A stretch of 64,000 bases of DNA from Pseudomonas aeruginosa PAO1 (GCF_000006765.1 NC_002516.2); one strand, 5' to 3'; positions 31,647 to 42,833 are shown, numbered from the stretch's first letter. Notes: generated from the letters alone by a model not told the origin. Numbers and translations are program-made.

Positions 31647-32473
31647 AGGTTCGCCACCCGCCGCTGGACGAAGCGGTCGACGTAGTCGTCGGCCGGCTGG
31701 TGGAGGATTTCCCGTGGTGTGCCGACCTGGATCAGCTGGCCGTCCTTGAGGATCGCGATGCGGTTGCCGATGCGTACCGCCTCGTCGAGGTCGTGGGTGA
31801 TGAAGACGATGGTCTTGTGCAAGGTTTTCTGCAGTTCCAGCAACTGGTCCTGCATGTCCGCGCGGATCAACGGGTCGAGGGCGCTGAAGGCCTCGTCCAT
31901 GAGGATGATCTCAGTGTCGGCGGCCAGCGCGCGGGCCAGGCCGACACGCTGGCGCATGCCGCCGGAAAGCTGGTGCGGATAGGACTTCTCGTAGCCCTTC
32001 AGGCCCACCGTGGCGATCCAGTGCAGGGCCCGCTCGTGGCACTGCGCCCGGCTTTCGCCGCGAACCTTCAGGCCGTAGGCGACATTGTCGAGCACGCTCT
32101 TGTGCGGCAGCAGGCCGAAACTCTGGAACACCATGCTGATCTTGCGCCGACGGAATTGCCGGAGGGCTTCCATGTCGTAGCGCAGGATGTCCTCGCCATC
32201 CACCAGGATCTCGCCGCTGGTGGGGTCGATCAGGCGGTTGAAATGGCGCACCAGGGTCGACTTGCCGGAACCCGACAGGCCCATGATCACGAAGATCTCG
32301 CCAGCGCCGATGGACAGCGACAGGTCGTTGACGCCGACCACGCAGCCGGTCTGCGCCAGCACTTCGCCCTTGCTGCGTCCCTGGCGGATCAGCGCCAGCG
32401 CGGCATCGGCGCGCGGGCCGAAGATCTTGAACACGTTCTTCACTTCGATCTTGTTCATCTGCGCACCGCTCAT
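31643..32473 (-). CDS. Betaine/proline (ProV-like) ABC transporter ATP-binding protein
   Basis: Start [12 protein letters not shown] (32473), 276 aa; [29 protein letters not shown]. Confidence 0.92.
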   Translation of the reverse strand: MSGAQMNKIEVKNVFKIFGPRADAALALIRQGRSKGEVLAQTGCVVGVNDLSLSIGAGEIFVIMGLSGSGKSTLVRHFNRLIDPTSGEILVDGEDILRYDMEALRQFRRRKISMVFQSFGLLPHKSVLDNVAYGLKVRGESRAQCHERALHWIATVGLKGYEKSYPHQLSGGMRQRVGLARALAADTEIILMDEAFSALDPLIRADMQDQLLELQKTLHKTIVFITHDLDEAVRIGNRIAILKDGQLIQVGTPREILHQPADDYVDRFVQRRVANL

Positions 32474-33321
32474 TTGCTCGTCTCGTGCCGGGAACGGCCA
32501 TAGGCCTGGGTGATGCGGTCGATCACCACCGCGAGGATGACGATCGCCAGGCCGGCTTCCAGGCCCTTGCCCACGTTCAGCGTCTGGATGCCCACCAGTA
32601 CGTCTTCGCCGAGGCCGCGGGCGCCGATCATCGAAGCGATCACCACCATCGACAGGGCCATCATGGTGGTCTGGTTGATCCCCGCCATGATGCTCGGCAG
32701 GGCCAGCGGCAACTGCACGCCGAACAGCTGCTGCCAGCGGTTGGCGCCGAAGGCGTTGACCGCCTCCATCACCTCGCTGTCGACCTGGCGGATGCCCAGG
32801 TCGGTGAGGCGGATCAGCGGCGGCGCGGCATAGATCACGGTGGCGAAGATCGCCGGCACCTTGCCCAGGCCGAACAACATCAGCACCGGGATCAGGTACA
32901 CGAAGCTGGGCATGGTCTGCATGATGTCCAGCAGTGGCATCAGCACCGCGCGCAGGCGGTTGCTGCGCGCGGCGAGGATGCCCAGGGGGATGCCGATCAG
33001 CACCGAGATGAAGGTCGCCACCAGCATCAGCGCGAGGGTCTGCATCAGCTTGTCCCAGAGGCCGACGGCGCCGACCAGGAACAGCAGGCCGGTGATCACC
33101 AGGGTCGGCAGCAGGCGCCGGGTGGCGTGCCAGGCGATCGCCGCGACGATCGCCAGCAATAGCCACCAGGGCGTGGCGCGGAGCAGCCCTTCGAGGTTGA
33201 CGATGGCCCACAGCAGGGTGTCGGAGATCTTGCGGAACAGGTCGCCGTAGTTGGTCACCAGGGCGTCGACCCAAGCGTTGACCCAGTTGGCGATGGAAAA
33301 TGTCAGGCGTTCGGGAAACAT
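32470..33321 (-). CDS. Betaine/proline (ProW-like) ABC transporter permease
   Basis: 283 aa; [41 protein letters not shown]. Confidence 0.93.
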   Translation of the reverse strand: MFPERLTFSIANWVNAWVDALVTNYGDLFRKISDTLLWAIVNLEGLLRATPWWLLLAIVAAIAWHATRRLLPTLVITGLLFLVGAVGLWDKLMQTLALMLVATFISVLIGIPLGILAARSNRLRAVLMPLLDIMQTMPSFVYLIPVLMLFGLGKVPAIFATVIYAAPPLIRLTDLGIRQVDSEVMEAVNAFGANRWQQLFGVQLPLALPSIMAGINQTTMMALSMVVIASMIGARGLGEDVLVGIQTLNVGKGLEAGLAIVILAVVIDRITQAYGRSRHETSK

Positions 33322-33345
33322 GGTCTGCTCTCGTCGGTCGTGGGT

Positions 33346-34314
33346 TCAGAGTGCCGCTTCGATCTTCTTCGCCGCGTCCTCGTCGACCCAGGCGTGCCAG
33401 ACCTCGGGGTGCTCCTTGAGGAACTCGCGCGCCAGGCGCGCCGCATCGATCCGGTCCTTGGCCATCCGCGCCAGGTCGCTGTTCAGCAGCTCCGCCGGCA
33501 GGTTGACCTTCTCCAGCACCGCCACCAGCTCCGGCGCCTGGTCGTGGAAGGTCCGCGACAGGCCGACCTGGATCCTGATGCGCTTGTCGACGCCGGGCCT
33601 TTCCTCCAGGCGCACCAGGCCGGCGCGGCCCATCAGCGGCGTCGGCGACCAGTAGTAGAACAGGATAGGCTCGCCGCGCCGATAGCTCGACAGCACCGCC
33701 GCGTCCAGTGCCGGGCCGGTGCCCGGACGGAAATTGGTGAACGTCTCCTCCAGGCCGTAGCTTTTCAGCATCTCGCTGTTCTCCAGCTCGCAGGTCCAGC
33801 CGGCCGGGCAATTGTAGAAGCGCCCCTTGCCCGGTTCTTCCGGGTCGCGGAAGACCTCGGCGTACTGCGCCAGGTCGGCGATAGAGCGCAGCTTCGGCGC
33901 CTTCGCCTCGAGCTTGCGCTGCGGGTCGCCCTCGATCACGTAGCGCGGCACGTACCAGCCCTCCACCGCGCCGACGATGGGTTCGCCGACGCCGACCACC
34001 TTGCCGGCGGCGGCGGCCTTGTTCCAGGCGTCGCTGCGGCCGATCCACTCCTCGGCGAAGACCTGGATGTCATTGGTGCTCAGCGCCTGCTCCATGGTGA
34101 TCGAGTTGCCCGGCAGGCTGTCGGTGGTACAGCCGTAGCCCTTGGCCAGGACGAACTGCATCAGTTCGGTGAGCAGCGTCCCGCTCTCCCAGTTCAGCCC
34201 GGCGAACTTCACCGCCTTGCCGGACTCGCACCAACCTTCCGCCTGGGCGCCCGCCGCGGCGGCGAGCAGGCCGAGGGCACAGAGAACACTCAACATCGAC
34301 TTCTTGTATCGCAT
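33346..34314 (-). CDS. Betaine-type (ProX/HisX-like) ABC substrate-binding protein
   Basis: Start MRYKKS (34314) with signal peptide; [31 protein letters not shown]. Confidence 0.9.
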   Translation of the reverse strand: MRYKKSMLSVLCALGLLAAAAGAQAEGWCESGKAVKFAGLNWESGTLLTELMQFVLAKGYGCTTDSLPGNSITMEQALSTNDIQVFAEEWIGRSDAWNKAAAAGKVVGVGEPIVGAVEGWYVPRYVIEGDPQRKLEAKAPKLRSIADLAQYAEVFRDPEEPGKGRFYNCPAGWTCELENSEMLKSYGLEETFTNFRPGTGPALDAAVLSSYRRGEPILFYYWSPTPLMGRAGLVRLEERPGVDKRIRIQVGLSRTFHDQAPELVAVLEKVNLPAELLNSDLARMAKDRIDAARLAREFLKEHPEVWHAWVDEDAAKKIEAAL

Positions 34315-34431
34315 GGTTCGACGCTCCAGATGCACGATTGGGAAAGGCAGTTGGAAAACCTGCGGGCCGCGCCCGGGGGAACGGCCTCGATCATTGTTAT
34401 TGGCCGGCGGCTCAGGCCGCCGTCGGTTCCG

Positions 34432-35835
34432 TCACAGCCCTCCCTGGGCCTGAAGCACGCCATGCGCGGCATCGCCCTTCGGCCTGACCCAGCGCCGGTA
34501 GGCGATCACCAGCAAGGCGATCCAGATAGCCCCGACCCACAGGGCCGGGCGGGTGTCCGGGAAATAGCCGAGCACCACGAAGATGAACAGCATGAAGACG
34601 ATCGCCGCCGCCGGCGCGAATGGCCACAGCGGCACCGGGAACTTCAGCGCGGCGACCTGGCGCGGCCCCATGCGCCGGCGCATGCCGACCTGGGCCAGGA
34701 GGATCATCAGCCAGACCCACACGGTGGCGAAGGTGGCGATGGAAGCGATCAACAGGAATACGCTCTGCGGGATCAGGTAGTTCAGCGCCACGCCGAGCAG
34801 CAGGGCCACCGCCATCAGCAGCACGGTCATCCACGGCACGCCGTGCCGCGACACCCGCGAGAAGCCGACCGGCGCCTGGCCCTGGCGGGCCATGCCGTAG
34901 AGCATGCGACCGGCGCCGAAGATGTCGCTGTTGATCGCCGAAATCGCCGCGGTGATCACCACGACATTGAGGATCGCCGCGGCCGACTCGATCCCCAGGC
35001 CGTCGAAGATCTGCACGAAGGGACTGCCGTTGCTGCCGATCTGCTGCCAGGGGAAGATCGCCATCAGCACGAACAGGGTCAGCACGTAGAACAGCAGGAT
35101 GCGCAGCGGCACCGCATTGATCGCCCGCGGGATCACCCGCTGCGGGTCCTGCGCCTCGCCGGCGGTGATGCCGATGATCTCGATGCCGCCGAAGGCGAAT
35201 ACCACCACCGACAGCGAGGCGACCAGCCCGGCCCAGCCGTTGGGCAGGAAGCCGCCGTGCTGCCACAGGTTGTGCACGCCGGTGGCGGACGTCGCCGCGC
35301 CGCCCAGGCTGAAGCCGAAGAACATGATGCCGAGCCCGGCGAGGATCATCGCGACGATGGCGCCGACCTTGACCAGCGACAGCCAGAACTCCAGCTCGCC
35401 GAAGACCTTGACATGACAGAGGTTCAGCCCGCCGATGAACAGCACGATGGACAGTACCCAGATCCAGCGCGGCACGTCGGGAAACCAGAACCCCATGTAG
35501 ATGCCGAACGCGGTGACATCGGCGAGGCAGACGATGATCATCTCGAAAGCGTAGGTCCAGCCGGTGACGAACCCGGCCAGGGGGCCGAGATAGCTGCTGG
35601 CGTAATGGCCGAACGAGCCGGACACCGGCTCGTGCACTGCCATCTCGCCGAGCGCGCGCATCACCATGTACACCGCCGCACCGGCGACCAGGTAGGCCAG
35701 CAGCACCGCCGGCCCGGCCATCTGGATGGCCGATGCGGAACCGTAGAACAGGCCGGTGCCGATCGCCGACCCCAGTGCCATGAAACGAATATGACGGGCG
35801 TTCAGTCCGCGCCGAAGCCCCGTGTCGTGCGTCAT
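34432..35835 (-). CDS. hutT: APC-family histidine permease
   Basis: Start MTHDTG (35835), 467 aa; [31 protein letters not shown]; inside the hut operon. Confidence 0.85.
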   Translation of the reverse strand: MTHDTGLRRGLNARHIRFMALGSAIGTGLFYGSASAIQMAGPAVLLAYLVAGAAVYMVMRALGEMAVHEPVSGSFGHYASSYLGPLAGFVTGWTYAFEMIIVCLADVTAFGIYMGFWFPDVPRWIWVLSIVLFIGGLNLCHVKVFGELEFWLSLVKVGAIVAMILAGLGIMFFGFSLGGAATSATGVHNLWQHGGFLPNGWAGLVASLSVVVFAFGGIEIIGITAGEAQDPQRVIPRAINAVPLRILLFYVLTLFVLMAIFPWQQIGSNGSPFVQIFDGLGIESAAAILNVVVITAAISAINSDIFGAGRMLYGMARQGQAPVGFSRVSRHGVPWMTVLLMAVALLLGVALNYLIPQSVFLLIASIATFATVWVWLMILLAQVGMRRRMGPRQVAALKFPVPLWPFAPAAAIVFMLFIFVVLGYFPDTRPALWVGAIWIALLVIAYRRWVRPKGDAAHGVLQAQGGL

Positions 35836-35897
35836 CCCTCGGCTCTCCTCTTGTTGTTCTTGCTGGAGCGCCCCGGCCGAGCGGCCGGGGGCGGGTA

Positions 35898-37427
35898 TCA
35901 AAGACTCGGCAACAGCCGGGCCGGCAGCAGCGCGTTCAGGCAACCGCTGGCGAGCAACTGGCTGGCGGCCTCGATATCAGGGGCGAAGAAGCGATCCTCC
36001 TGGTAGTACGGCACCTTGTCGCGCAGCAGGCGGCGAGCCTGCTCCAGCTTCGGCGAACTCTTCAGGCCCTCGCGGAAGTCCAGGCCCTGGCAGGCGCCCA
36101 GCCACTCCACGGCGAGAATCCCGCGGACGTTCTCGGCCATCGCCCAGAGCCGTTTGCCGGCGTTCGGCGCCATCGACACATGGTCTTCCTGGTTGGCCGA
36201 GGTCGGCAGGCTGTCGACGCTGGCCGGATGGGCCAGGGCCTTGTTGTCGCTGGCCAGCGCGGCGGCGGTGACCTGGGCGATCATGAAGCCGGAGTTGACC
36301 CCGCCGTTGGCCACCAGGAACGGCGGCAACTGCGACATGTGCATGTCCATCATCAGCGAGATGCGCCGTTCCGACAGCGAACCGATCTCGGCCAACGCCA
36401 GGGCCAGGTTGTCGGCGGCCATCGCCACCGGTTCGGCGTGGAAGTTGCCGCCGGAGATCACGTCGCCCTCGGCGGCGAATACCAGCGGGTTGTCGGACAC
36501 CGCGTTGGCTTCGATCTCCAGCACCTCGGCGGCCTGGCGCATCTGGGTCAGGCAGGCGCCCATCACCTGCGGCTGGCAACGCAGCGAATAGGGGTCCTGG
36601 ACCTTGTCGCACTTCTCATGGGAGCGCGCCACCTCGCTGCTGGCGGTGAGCAGGTCGCGATAGGCCGCGGCCACGTCGATCTGCCCGCGCTGGCCGCGCG
36701 CGGCATGGATGCGCGCATCGAACGGCGCCCGCGAACCGAGCATGGCCTCGACGCTGAGCCCGCCGCAGACGGTGGCGGCGGCGAACAGGTCCTCGGCCTC
36801 GAACAACCCGCGCAGCGCGTAGGCGGTGGACACCTGGGTGCCATTGAGCAGGGCCAGGCCTTCCTTCGCCGCCAGGGTCAGCGGCTCCAGCCCGGCCACC
36901 GCCAGCGCTTCGGCGGCCGGCAGCCACTCACCGCGATGGCGCGCCCGGCTTTCGCCGATCAGCACCAGCGACATGTGCGCCAGCGGCGCCAGGTCGCCGG
37001 ACGCACCCACCGAGCCTTTCAGCGGGATGTGCGGATAGACCTCGGCGTTGATCAGCGCGATCAGCGCGTCGATCACCTTGCGGCGGATGCCGGAGAACCC
37101 GCGCGCCAGGCTGTTCACCTTGAGCAGCATGACCAGCCGCACCATGGCGTCGTCCAGCGCCTCGCCGACGCCGGCGGCATGGGACAGGACGATGGAACGC
37201 TGGAGCTTCTCCAGGTCTGCCGGGGAAATCCGCGTCGAGGCCAGCAGGCCGAAGCCGGTGTTGATGCCGTAGGCGGTGCGGCCCTCGGCGATGATGTTCT
37301 CGACACAGGCGACGCTGGCGGCGATCGGCGCGTCGGCGCTGGGATCCAGGCTCAGGCGCACGGGGGCCAGGTAGGCTTGGCGCAGGTCGGCCAGGGTCAA
37401 CTGGCCGGGTTTCAGATGCAGGCTCAT
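35898..37427 (-). CDS. hutH: Histidine ammonia-lyase
   Basis: 509 aa; intact [14 protein letters not shown] (ASG codons 36996-37004), [20 protein letters not shown]. Confidence 0.96.
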   Translation of the reverse strand: MSLHLKPGQLTLADLRQAYLAPVRLSLDPSADAPIAASVACVENIIAEGRTAYGINTGFGLLASTRISPADLEKLQRSIVLSHAAGVGEALDDAMVRLVMLLKVNSLARGFSGIRRKVIDALIALINAEVYPHIPLKGSVGASGDLAPLAHMSLVLIGESRARHRGEWLPAAEALAVAGLEPLTLAAKEGLALLNGTQVSTAYALRGLFEAEDLFAAATVCGGLSVEAMLGSRAPFDARIHAARGQRGQIDVAAAYRDLLTASSEVARSHEKCDKVQDPYSLRCQPQVMGACLTQMRQAAEVLEIEANAVSDNPLVFAAEGDVISGGNFHAEPVAMAADNLALALAEIGSLSERRISLMMDMHMSQLPPFLVANGGVNSGFMIAQVTAAALASDNKALAHPASVDSLPTSANQEDHVSMAPNAGKRLWAMAENVRGILAVEWLGACQGLDFREGLKSSPKLEQARRLLRDKVPYYQEDRFFAPDIEAASQLLASGCLNALLPARLLPSL

Positions 37428-37523
37428 CGAAGGCTCCTTGTTCGGTTCGGCGGGCTCGGCAGCGCCGTCCGCCGGCGGCGTTTCATGGGATTGAAGGCGG
37501 CCGCGCCGCCCTGGAAATTCGTC

Positions 37524-38966
37524 TCAGGCCCCGTGCGCGGGATGTTCGAAGGCGCCGGGATCGGCCGGCAGGATCATTCGCGCCGGGGCCTGGCGCGTGG
37601 CCTTGCGCCGCGCCACCAGGTAGTAGAGGACCGCCGGCACCAGCAAGCCGATGATCCAGGAGATATCCACGCCGCCGAGGTGCTCGACCATCGGTCCGGT
37701 GTACAGCGTGGTCGCCAGGAACGGCATCTGCACCAGCACGCCGAGGGTATAGACGGCGATTCCCGGCAGGTTCCAGCGACCGTAGCGGCCGTCGGGGTCG
37801 GCCAGCGCGGGCACGTCATAGCGCTCGCGGGTGATGAAGTAGTAGTCGACCAGGTTCACCGCGCTCCACGGGGTGAAGAAGGTCAGCAGGAACAGGATGA
37901 AGGACTTGAACGCAGCGAGGAACGAGTGCTGGCCGAGCAGCGCGATGAGCGTCGAGGCGCCGACGATCGCGAGGACGAAGAACAGGCGTTGCACGCGGGT
38001 GATCTCCAGTTGGCCGCGTACGCTGCTGATGATGGTCGCGATGCACATGAAGCTGCCGTAGGAGTTCAGCGTGGAAATGGTCACCTTGCCGAAGGCGATG
38101 CTGAAGTAGAGCAGCGCGGCGACGGTCCCGCTGCTGCCCAGGCCGACGATGTAGGCCACCTCGCGGCCGGCGAACTGGCCGTTGGCCAGGGCTGCGGAGA
38201 ACACCCCGAGGACCATCGAGGCCTGGGCGCCGAGCACCGAGCCGAGGCCGACGGCGAGGAAGGTCTTCCACGACGAGGTGGACGCCGGCAGGTAGCGTGA
38301 ATAGTCGGCCACGTAGGGGCCGAAGGCGATCTGCCAGGACGCCGCCAGCGACACCGCGAGGAGGAACGAGGCCCAGCTGAAATGGCGGATGGCGAGCAGG
38401 TCGCCGATGTCGCTGAGCAGCATCAGGCGGCTGAACAGGTAGGCGAAGGCGATGATGCCGAGGACGCTGGCGATCCGCCCGATGATGTGGATGACGCGAT
38501 AGCCGAGCACCGTCACCAGGACGATGAAGGCGGCGAAGATGAAGATTCCGGCGCTGTCGCTGAGCCCGGTGAGCTGGCCGATGGCCTGGCCGGAAAGCAC
38601 CGTGCCGGTGGCGGTGAAGCCCAGGTACATCAGGCACACCAGTGCGATCGGGATGCAGGCGCCGTAGACGCCGAACTGCACCCGGCTGGAAATCATCTGC
38701 GGCAGCCCCAGGCGCGGCCCCTGCGCGGCGTGCAGGGCCATCACCGCGCCGCCGAGGAGCTGGCCGAGGAGCAGGCCGACCAGCGACCAGAACACGTCGC
38801 CGCCGAGGACCACGGCGAGGGCGCCGGTGACGATGGCGGTGATCTGCAGGTTGGCCCCCAGCCAGAGGGTGAACTGGCTGTAGAGGCGGCCGTGGCGCTC
38901 GTTCGCCGGGATGTAGTCGATCGAGCGCCGTTCGATCAGTGGCTTGCTGTCGCTGCCCTGGGTCAT
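37524..38966 (-). CDS. NCS1 (purine-cytosine permease) family transporter, probable urocanate permease
   Basis: Start MTQGSDSK (38966), 480 aa; GLPQMISSRVQFG, PYVADYSRYLP; between hutU and hutH. Substrate is inferred from context. Confidence 0.8.
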   Translation of the reverse strand: MTQGSDSKPLIERRSIDYIPANERHGRLYSQFTLWLGANLQITAIVTGALAVVLGGDVFWSLVGLLLGQLLGGAVMALHAAQGPRLGLPQMISSRVQFGVYGACIPIALVCLMYLGFTATGTVLSGQAIGQLTGLSDSAGIFIFAAFIVLVTVLGYRVIHIIGRIASVLGIIAFAYLFSRLMLLSDIGDLLAIRHFSWASFLLAVSLAASWQIAFGPYVADYSRYLPASTSSWKTFLAVGLGSVLGAQASMVLGVFSAALANGQFAGREVAYIVGLGSSGTVAALLYFSIAFGKVTISTLNSYGSFMCIATIISSVRGQLEITRVQRLFFVLAIVGASTLIALLGQHSFLAAFKSFILFLLTFFTPWSAVNLVDYYFITRERYDVPALADPDGRYGRWNLPGIAVYTLGVLVQMPFLATTLYTGPMVEHLGGVDISWIIGLLVPAVLYYLVARRKATRQAPARMILPADPGAFEHPAHGA

Positions 38967-39073
38967 GCTGCTGTACTCCGCTGCGGCTCGCGCGCCGCCA
39001 TTCTTGTTGTGGCCTGGTCGGGACAGTGGGCGGCCGCCCCCACGCCCCGCCGGCGTGGAGGCGGTTTTCGAGG

Positions 39074-40753
39074 TCAGCGCTGGGCGGTGATCATCGGCAG
39101 GTTCAGGCCCTGCTCCTTCGCGCAATCGATGGCGACCTGGTAGCCGGCGTCGGCGTGCCGCATCACCCCGGTCCCCGGGTCGTTGGTCAGTACGCGGGCG
39201 ATGCGTTCGGCGGCCTCGTCGCTACCGTCGCAGACGATCACCATCCCGGAGTGCTGGGAGAAGCCCATGCCTACGCCGCCGCCGTGGTGCAGCGAGACCC
39301 AGGTGGCGCCGCTGGCGGTATTCAGCAGGGCATTCAGCAGCGGCCAGTCGGACACCGCGTCGGAGCCGTCCTGCATGGCCTCGGTCTCGCGGTTGGGGCT
39401 GGCCACCGAGCCGGAGTCGAGGTGGTCGCGGCCGATGACGATCGGCGCGGACAGCTCGCCCGTGCGCACCATCTCGTTGAAGGCCAGGCCGAGCTTGGCG
39501 CGCAGCCCCAGGCCAACCCAGCAGATGCGCGCCGGCAGGCCCTGGAAGCTGATGCGCTCGCGGGCCATGTCCAGCCAACGGTGCAGGTGGGCATCGTCGG
39601 GGATCAGTTGCTTGACCTTGGCGTCGGTCTTGTAGATGTCCTGCGGGTCGCCCGACAGCGCGGCCCAGCGGAACGGACCGATGCCGCGACAGAACAGCGG
39701 GCGGATGTAGGCCGGGACGAAGCCGGGGAAATCGAAGGCATTGGCCACCCCCTCTTCCTTGGCCATCTGGCGGATGTTGTTGCCATAGTCGAAGGTCGGC
39801 ACGCCCTGCTGCTGGAACGCCAGCATGGCCCGCACGTGTACCGCCATGGACTGCTTGGCGGCCTTGACCACGGCGGCCGGGTCGGTCTGCGCGCGGTCGC
39901 GGTACTCTTCCCAGCTCCAGCCGGCCGGCAGGTAGCCGTTGAGTGGATCGTGGGCGCTGGTCTGGTCGGTGACCATGTCCGGGCGTACGCCGCGGCGAAC
40001 CAGTTCCGGAAGGATCTCGGCGGCATTGCCCAGCAGGGCGATGGAGATGGCCTTGCCTTCGGCGGTGTAGCGCTGGATCCGCGCCAGGGCGTCGTCCAGG
40101 TCCTTGGCCTGCTCGTCGACGTAGCGACTGCGCAGGCGGAAGTCGATGCGGCTCTGCTGGCACTCGATGTTCAGCGAACAGGCGCCGGCCAGGGTCGCCG
40201 CCAGCGGCTGGGCGCCGCCCATGCCGCCAAGGCCGGCGGTAAGCACCCAGCGGCCCTTGAGATTGCCGTCGTAATGCTGGCGGCCAGCCTCGACGAAGGT
40301 TTCGTAGGTGCCCTGGACGATGCCCTGGCTGCCGATGTAGATCCACGAACCGGCGGTCATCTGGCCGTACATCGCCAGGCCCTTGGCGTCCAGTTCGTTG
40401 AAGTGTTCCCAGGTCGCCCAGTGCGGCACCAGGTTGGAGTTGGCGATCAGCACCCGCGGCGCGTTGGCGTGGGTCTTGAACACGCCGACCGGCTTGCCGG
40501 ACTGTACCAGCAGGGTCTCGTCGTCGTTCAGTTGCTTGAGGGTCTCGACGATCCTGTCGTAGCACTCCCAGTTGCGCGCGGCACGGCCGATGCCGCCGTA
40601 AACCACCAGTTCCCTGGGGTTCTCCGCGACCTCCGGGTCGAGGTTGTTCATCAGCATGCGCAGCGGCGCTTCGGTCAGCCAGCTCTTGGCGGTCAGCGTA
40701 GTGCCGCGCGGGGCGCGGATTTCAATATCGCGGAATTTGCTCGGGGTGGTCAC
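39074..40753 (-). CDS. hutU: Urocanate hydratase
   Basis: GTG start 40753 (559 aa); [54 protein letters not shown]. Confidence 0.96.
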   Translation of the reverse strand: MTTPSKFRDIEIRAPRGTTLTAKSWLTEAPLRMLMNNLDPEVAENPRELVVYGGIGRAARNWECYDRIVETLKQLNDDETLLVQSGKPVGVFKTHANAPRVLIANSNLVPHWATWEHFNELDAKGLAMYGQMTAGSWIYIGSQGIVQGTYETFVEAGRQHYDGNLKGRWVLTAGLGGMGGAQPLAATLAGACSLNIECQQSRIDFRLRSRYVDEQAKDLDDALARIQRYTAEGKAISIALLGNAAEILPELVRRGVRPDMVTDQTSAHDPLNGYLPAGWSWEEYRDRAQTDPAAVVKAAKQSMAVHVRAMLAFQQQGVPTFDYGNNIRQMAKEEGVANAFDFPGFVPAYIRPLFCRGIGPFRWAALSGDPQDIYKTDAKVKQLIPDDAHLHRWLDMARERISFQGLPARICWVGLGLRAKLGLAFNEMVRTGELSAPIVIGRDHLDSGSVASPNRETEAMQDGSDAVSDWPLLNALLNTASGATWVSLHHGGGVGMGFSQHSGMVIVCDGSDEAAERIARVLTNDPGTGVMRHADAGYQVAIDCAKEQGLNLPMITAQR

Positions 40754-40853
40754 GGCAGGCTCCTGGGCGTGGCGTTCAACGGGCGGCGACCGGCGAGGGT
40801 GCGCCTGAATTCGGGGACGAAGCAGAGGTCGGGCTGGGTCTACCGAACACATC

Positions 40854-40875
40854 TATGCTTGTACATACAAGTATA
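40854..40875. promoter_or_regulatory. HutC operator at hutU
   Basis: Near-perfect palindrome TATGCTTGTA-CA-TACAAGTATA with the TGTA-N2-TACA core known for HutC. Confidence 0.8.
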
Positions 40876-40891
40876 AGCAAAGGAAGGGCCA
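40876..40891 (-). promoter_or_regulatory. Sigma-54 (-24/-12) promoter of hutU
   Basis: Minus strand TGGCCC-TTCCT-TTGCT versus consensus TGGCAC-N5-TTGCW; abuts the HutC operator. Confidence 0.7.
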
Positions 40892-41078
40892 ATTCTGCCG
40901 CCACGCCCTCCGGCGATATCTCCACATTCCCGTGAATTTCATTCAACCCGTTGATTTTTCTGTAGTTAAGAATTAGCGAAGGTAGCCTCTCCCCCGGGAG
41001 AAGGAGCCTGCCGGAACGGCCCTGGGTGCACGTGATCGAAGCGTGCGCGCACCGGTTTGGGGCCTTCGGTAACACCGT

Positions 41079-41876
41079 TCAGCGCAATTGCGGGTAACCC
41101 CAGCCCTGCGCCTGACGCTCGTAGTCGAGGAGAATCCGGTAATGCTCCTCGCCGGCCGGGAGGAAGCTTTTCAGCGCCAGTGTCGCGGCCAGGTGCGGGC
41201 ACTCGATCAGCGTCAGGTTCAGCGCTTCGAACAGCTCGCGGCGTTGCGCCGCACTCCAGTGCAGCGAGGTGATCAGCGGCAAGGCCGGGCTCGGCGCGCT
41301 GCGCCCGAGCACGCGCAGGCCGTCCAGGCGCTCCGGTGCGTGGCGTTGCAGGTAGCCGAAGGTCACTGCATCCACCGAGGTCAGCTCGACCTCACCCGCG
41401 GCCACCATCGCCAGGCTGCGCAGGTGGCCGCCGCTGATGTGCACCTCGGCGAAGAACGCCGAGTCTCGCCCCAGCGGCGCCAGCGCATGGCGCAGCAGGT
41501 TCATGCCGCTGTTGGAGTCGTGGTCGTTGAGCGCCAGGCGGGTATTGCGGAAGTCGCCGAGGCGCTGGCGCGCCTGTCCTTCGGCGGCGACGAACAGGCT
41601 GCAATGCTCGCCGGGAGCACAATCGGGCAAGTCGTAGCTGGGCACCGCGAGCACCGCCACCTGGCCGCGCAACTGGGTCATCAGCGGATAGCCGCAGGTC
41701 TGCGCGAACAACAGGTTAGGCTGTCGCCACTGCACCGCCAGATCGGTGGCGGCCGACGCGTAACGGCGCACGCCCAGGCGCCGGCAGACCTCGCCGATGA
41801 AGGTTGCGCCGGCCTGCCTGACGCAGTCCGGCTCGACATACATGTCCAGCGCCGCCACCACCGGGGTATCGATCAT
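41079..41876 (-). CDS. PhnD/SsuA-like binding-protein-fold protein without a signal peptide
   Basis: 265 aa; QTCGYP, NDHDSNSGMN, SGGHLRSL, SVDAVT, SPALPLIT resemble phosphonate-binding protein family; family call from motif memory. Confidence 0.65.
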   Translation of the reverse strand: MIDTPVVAALDMYVEPDCVRQAGATFIGEVCRRLGVRRYASAATDLAVQWRQPNLLFAQTCGYPLMTQLRGQVAVLAVPSYDLPDCAPGEHCSLFVAAEGQARQRLGDFRNTRLALNDHDSNSGMNLLRHALAPLGRDSAFFAEVHISGGHLRSLAMVAAGEVELTSVDAVTFGYLQRHAPERLDGLRVLGRSAPSPALPLITSLHWSAAQRRELFEALNLTLIECPHLAATLALKSFLPAGEEHYRILLDYERQAQGWGYPQLR

Positions 41877-41894
41877 GCTCTCGTCCGCCTGCCT

Positions 41895-42833
41895 TCAATG
41901 CTCGGGATGCACTGGCGCATCCACTGGCCGCCAACCGTGGCGCCGCCATAGACGACCATAGCCGGGCAGGTGGAAATCGCCACTGCGTCGCCGGTAGGCA
42001 CGGCGGCTTGCGCTATACACGCGCGGCAGCAGGTACCAGGGCAGGCCCGGCAGATCGTGGTGGACCAGATGCAGGTTGTTGTTGAGGAACAGCAGCCGCC
42101 ACGGCCACCCCGCGTCGACCAGCACGCTGCGCTGCGCCGGCTCGCGGGCCGGACGGTGCTCGTAGAAAGAGCGCAGCATGCTCAGGCCGAGGGCCGGATA
42201 GGCCACCGCCGGCAGGTACAGCCAGGGCGGGATGCCCGCCCAGCGCCAAAGCCCGGCCAGCAACCCGCCCAGCAGCACGGCATGCAGGCCCCACAGGCGC
42301 CAGGCGGCACCCTCTCCCCGGCGCAACCGCGAACCTTCCAGGCGCGCCATCGCCGCCAGGGCCAGCAGCGGGCCGAGGGTGGCGCGACCGAGCAGGGTCT
42401 TGTCCAGGCAGAGCCAGCGCCGCCGCCAGGAGCCCAGGCGCGGCCACTCGGACAGACTGACGTAGCGACTCTCGGGGTCCAGCCCCGGGTAGGTCAGTTG
42501 CTCGTCGAGGTGGTGCCGCAAGTGGCTGTCACGGTACAGCGGATAGGGATACCAGACGGCCAGTGGCAGGTAGCCGAGCATGGCGTTGAACCTCGGCCAG
42601 CGGGTCGGGTGGCCATGGATCAGCTCATGCTGCAACGACATGTAGAGGGAGGCGAACGGCACCAGTCCCGCCAGTACCGGCCAACCCCAGCGCTCATACT
42701 GGCTCGCGAGCAGTGCCCAACCGCCGTACAGGCAGGCGACCAGCAGCCAGGTCGGCCATTCGCTGCGCGCCTGGAAGGTATCCTGGAGCCGCCGCACCAG
42801 GGTGCGCTGACGCCCGCTCAGGTAGTGCGCCAT
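41895..42833 (-). CDS. Membrane di-iron fatty-acid desaturase/hydroxylase superfamily protein
   Basis: 312 aa; three His boxes QHELIH, HLRHH, HLVHH plus hydrophobic segments. Confidence 0.85.
   Translation of the reverse strand: MAHYLSGRQRTLVRRLQDTFQARSEWPTWLLVACLYGGWALLASQYERWGWPVLAGLVPFASLYMSLQHELIHGHPTRWPRFNAMLGYLPLAVWYPYPLYRDSHLRHHLDEQLTYPGLDPESRYVSLSEWPRLGSWRRRWLCLDKTLLGRATLGPLLALAAMARLEGSRLRRGEGAAWRLWGLHAVLLGGLLAGLWRWAGIPPWLYLPAVAYPALGLSMLRSFYEHRPAREPAQRSVLVDAGWPWRLLFLNNNLHLVHHDLPGLPWYLLPRVYSASRRAYRRRSGDFHLPGYGRLWRRHGWRPVDAPVHPEH

Noticed and set aside
31643-34048. 801-aa ORF suggesting a large fused ABC ATPase
   Set aside because: Only the last 276 codons (from 32473) are ATPase. The upstream part is an off-frame read through the permease and binding-protein genes, each of which has its own intact ORF.
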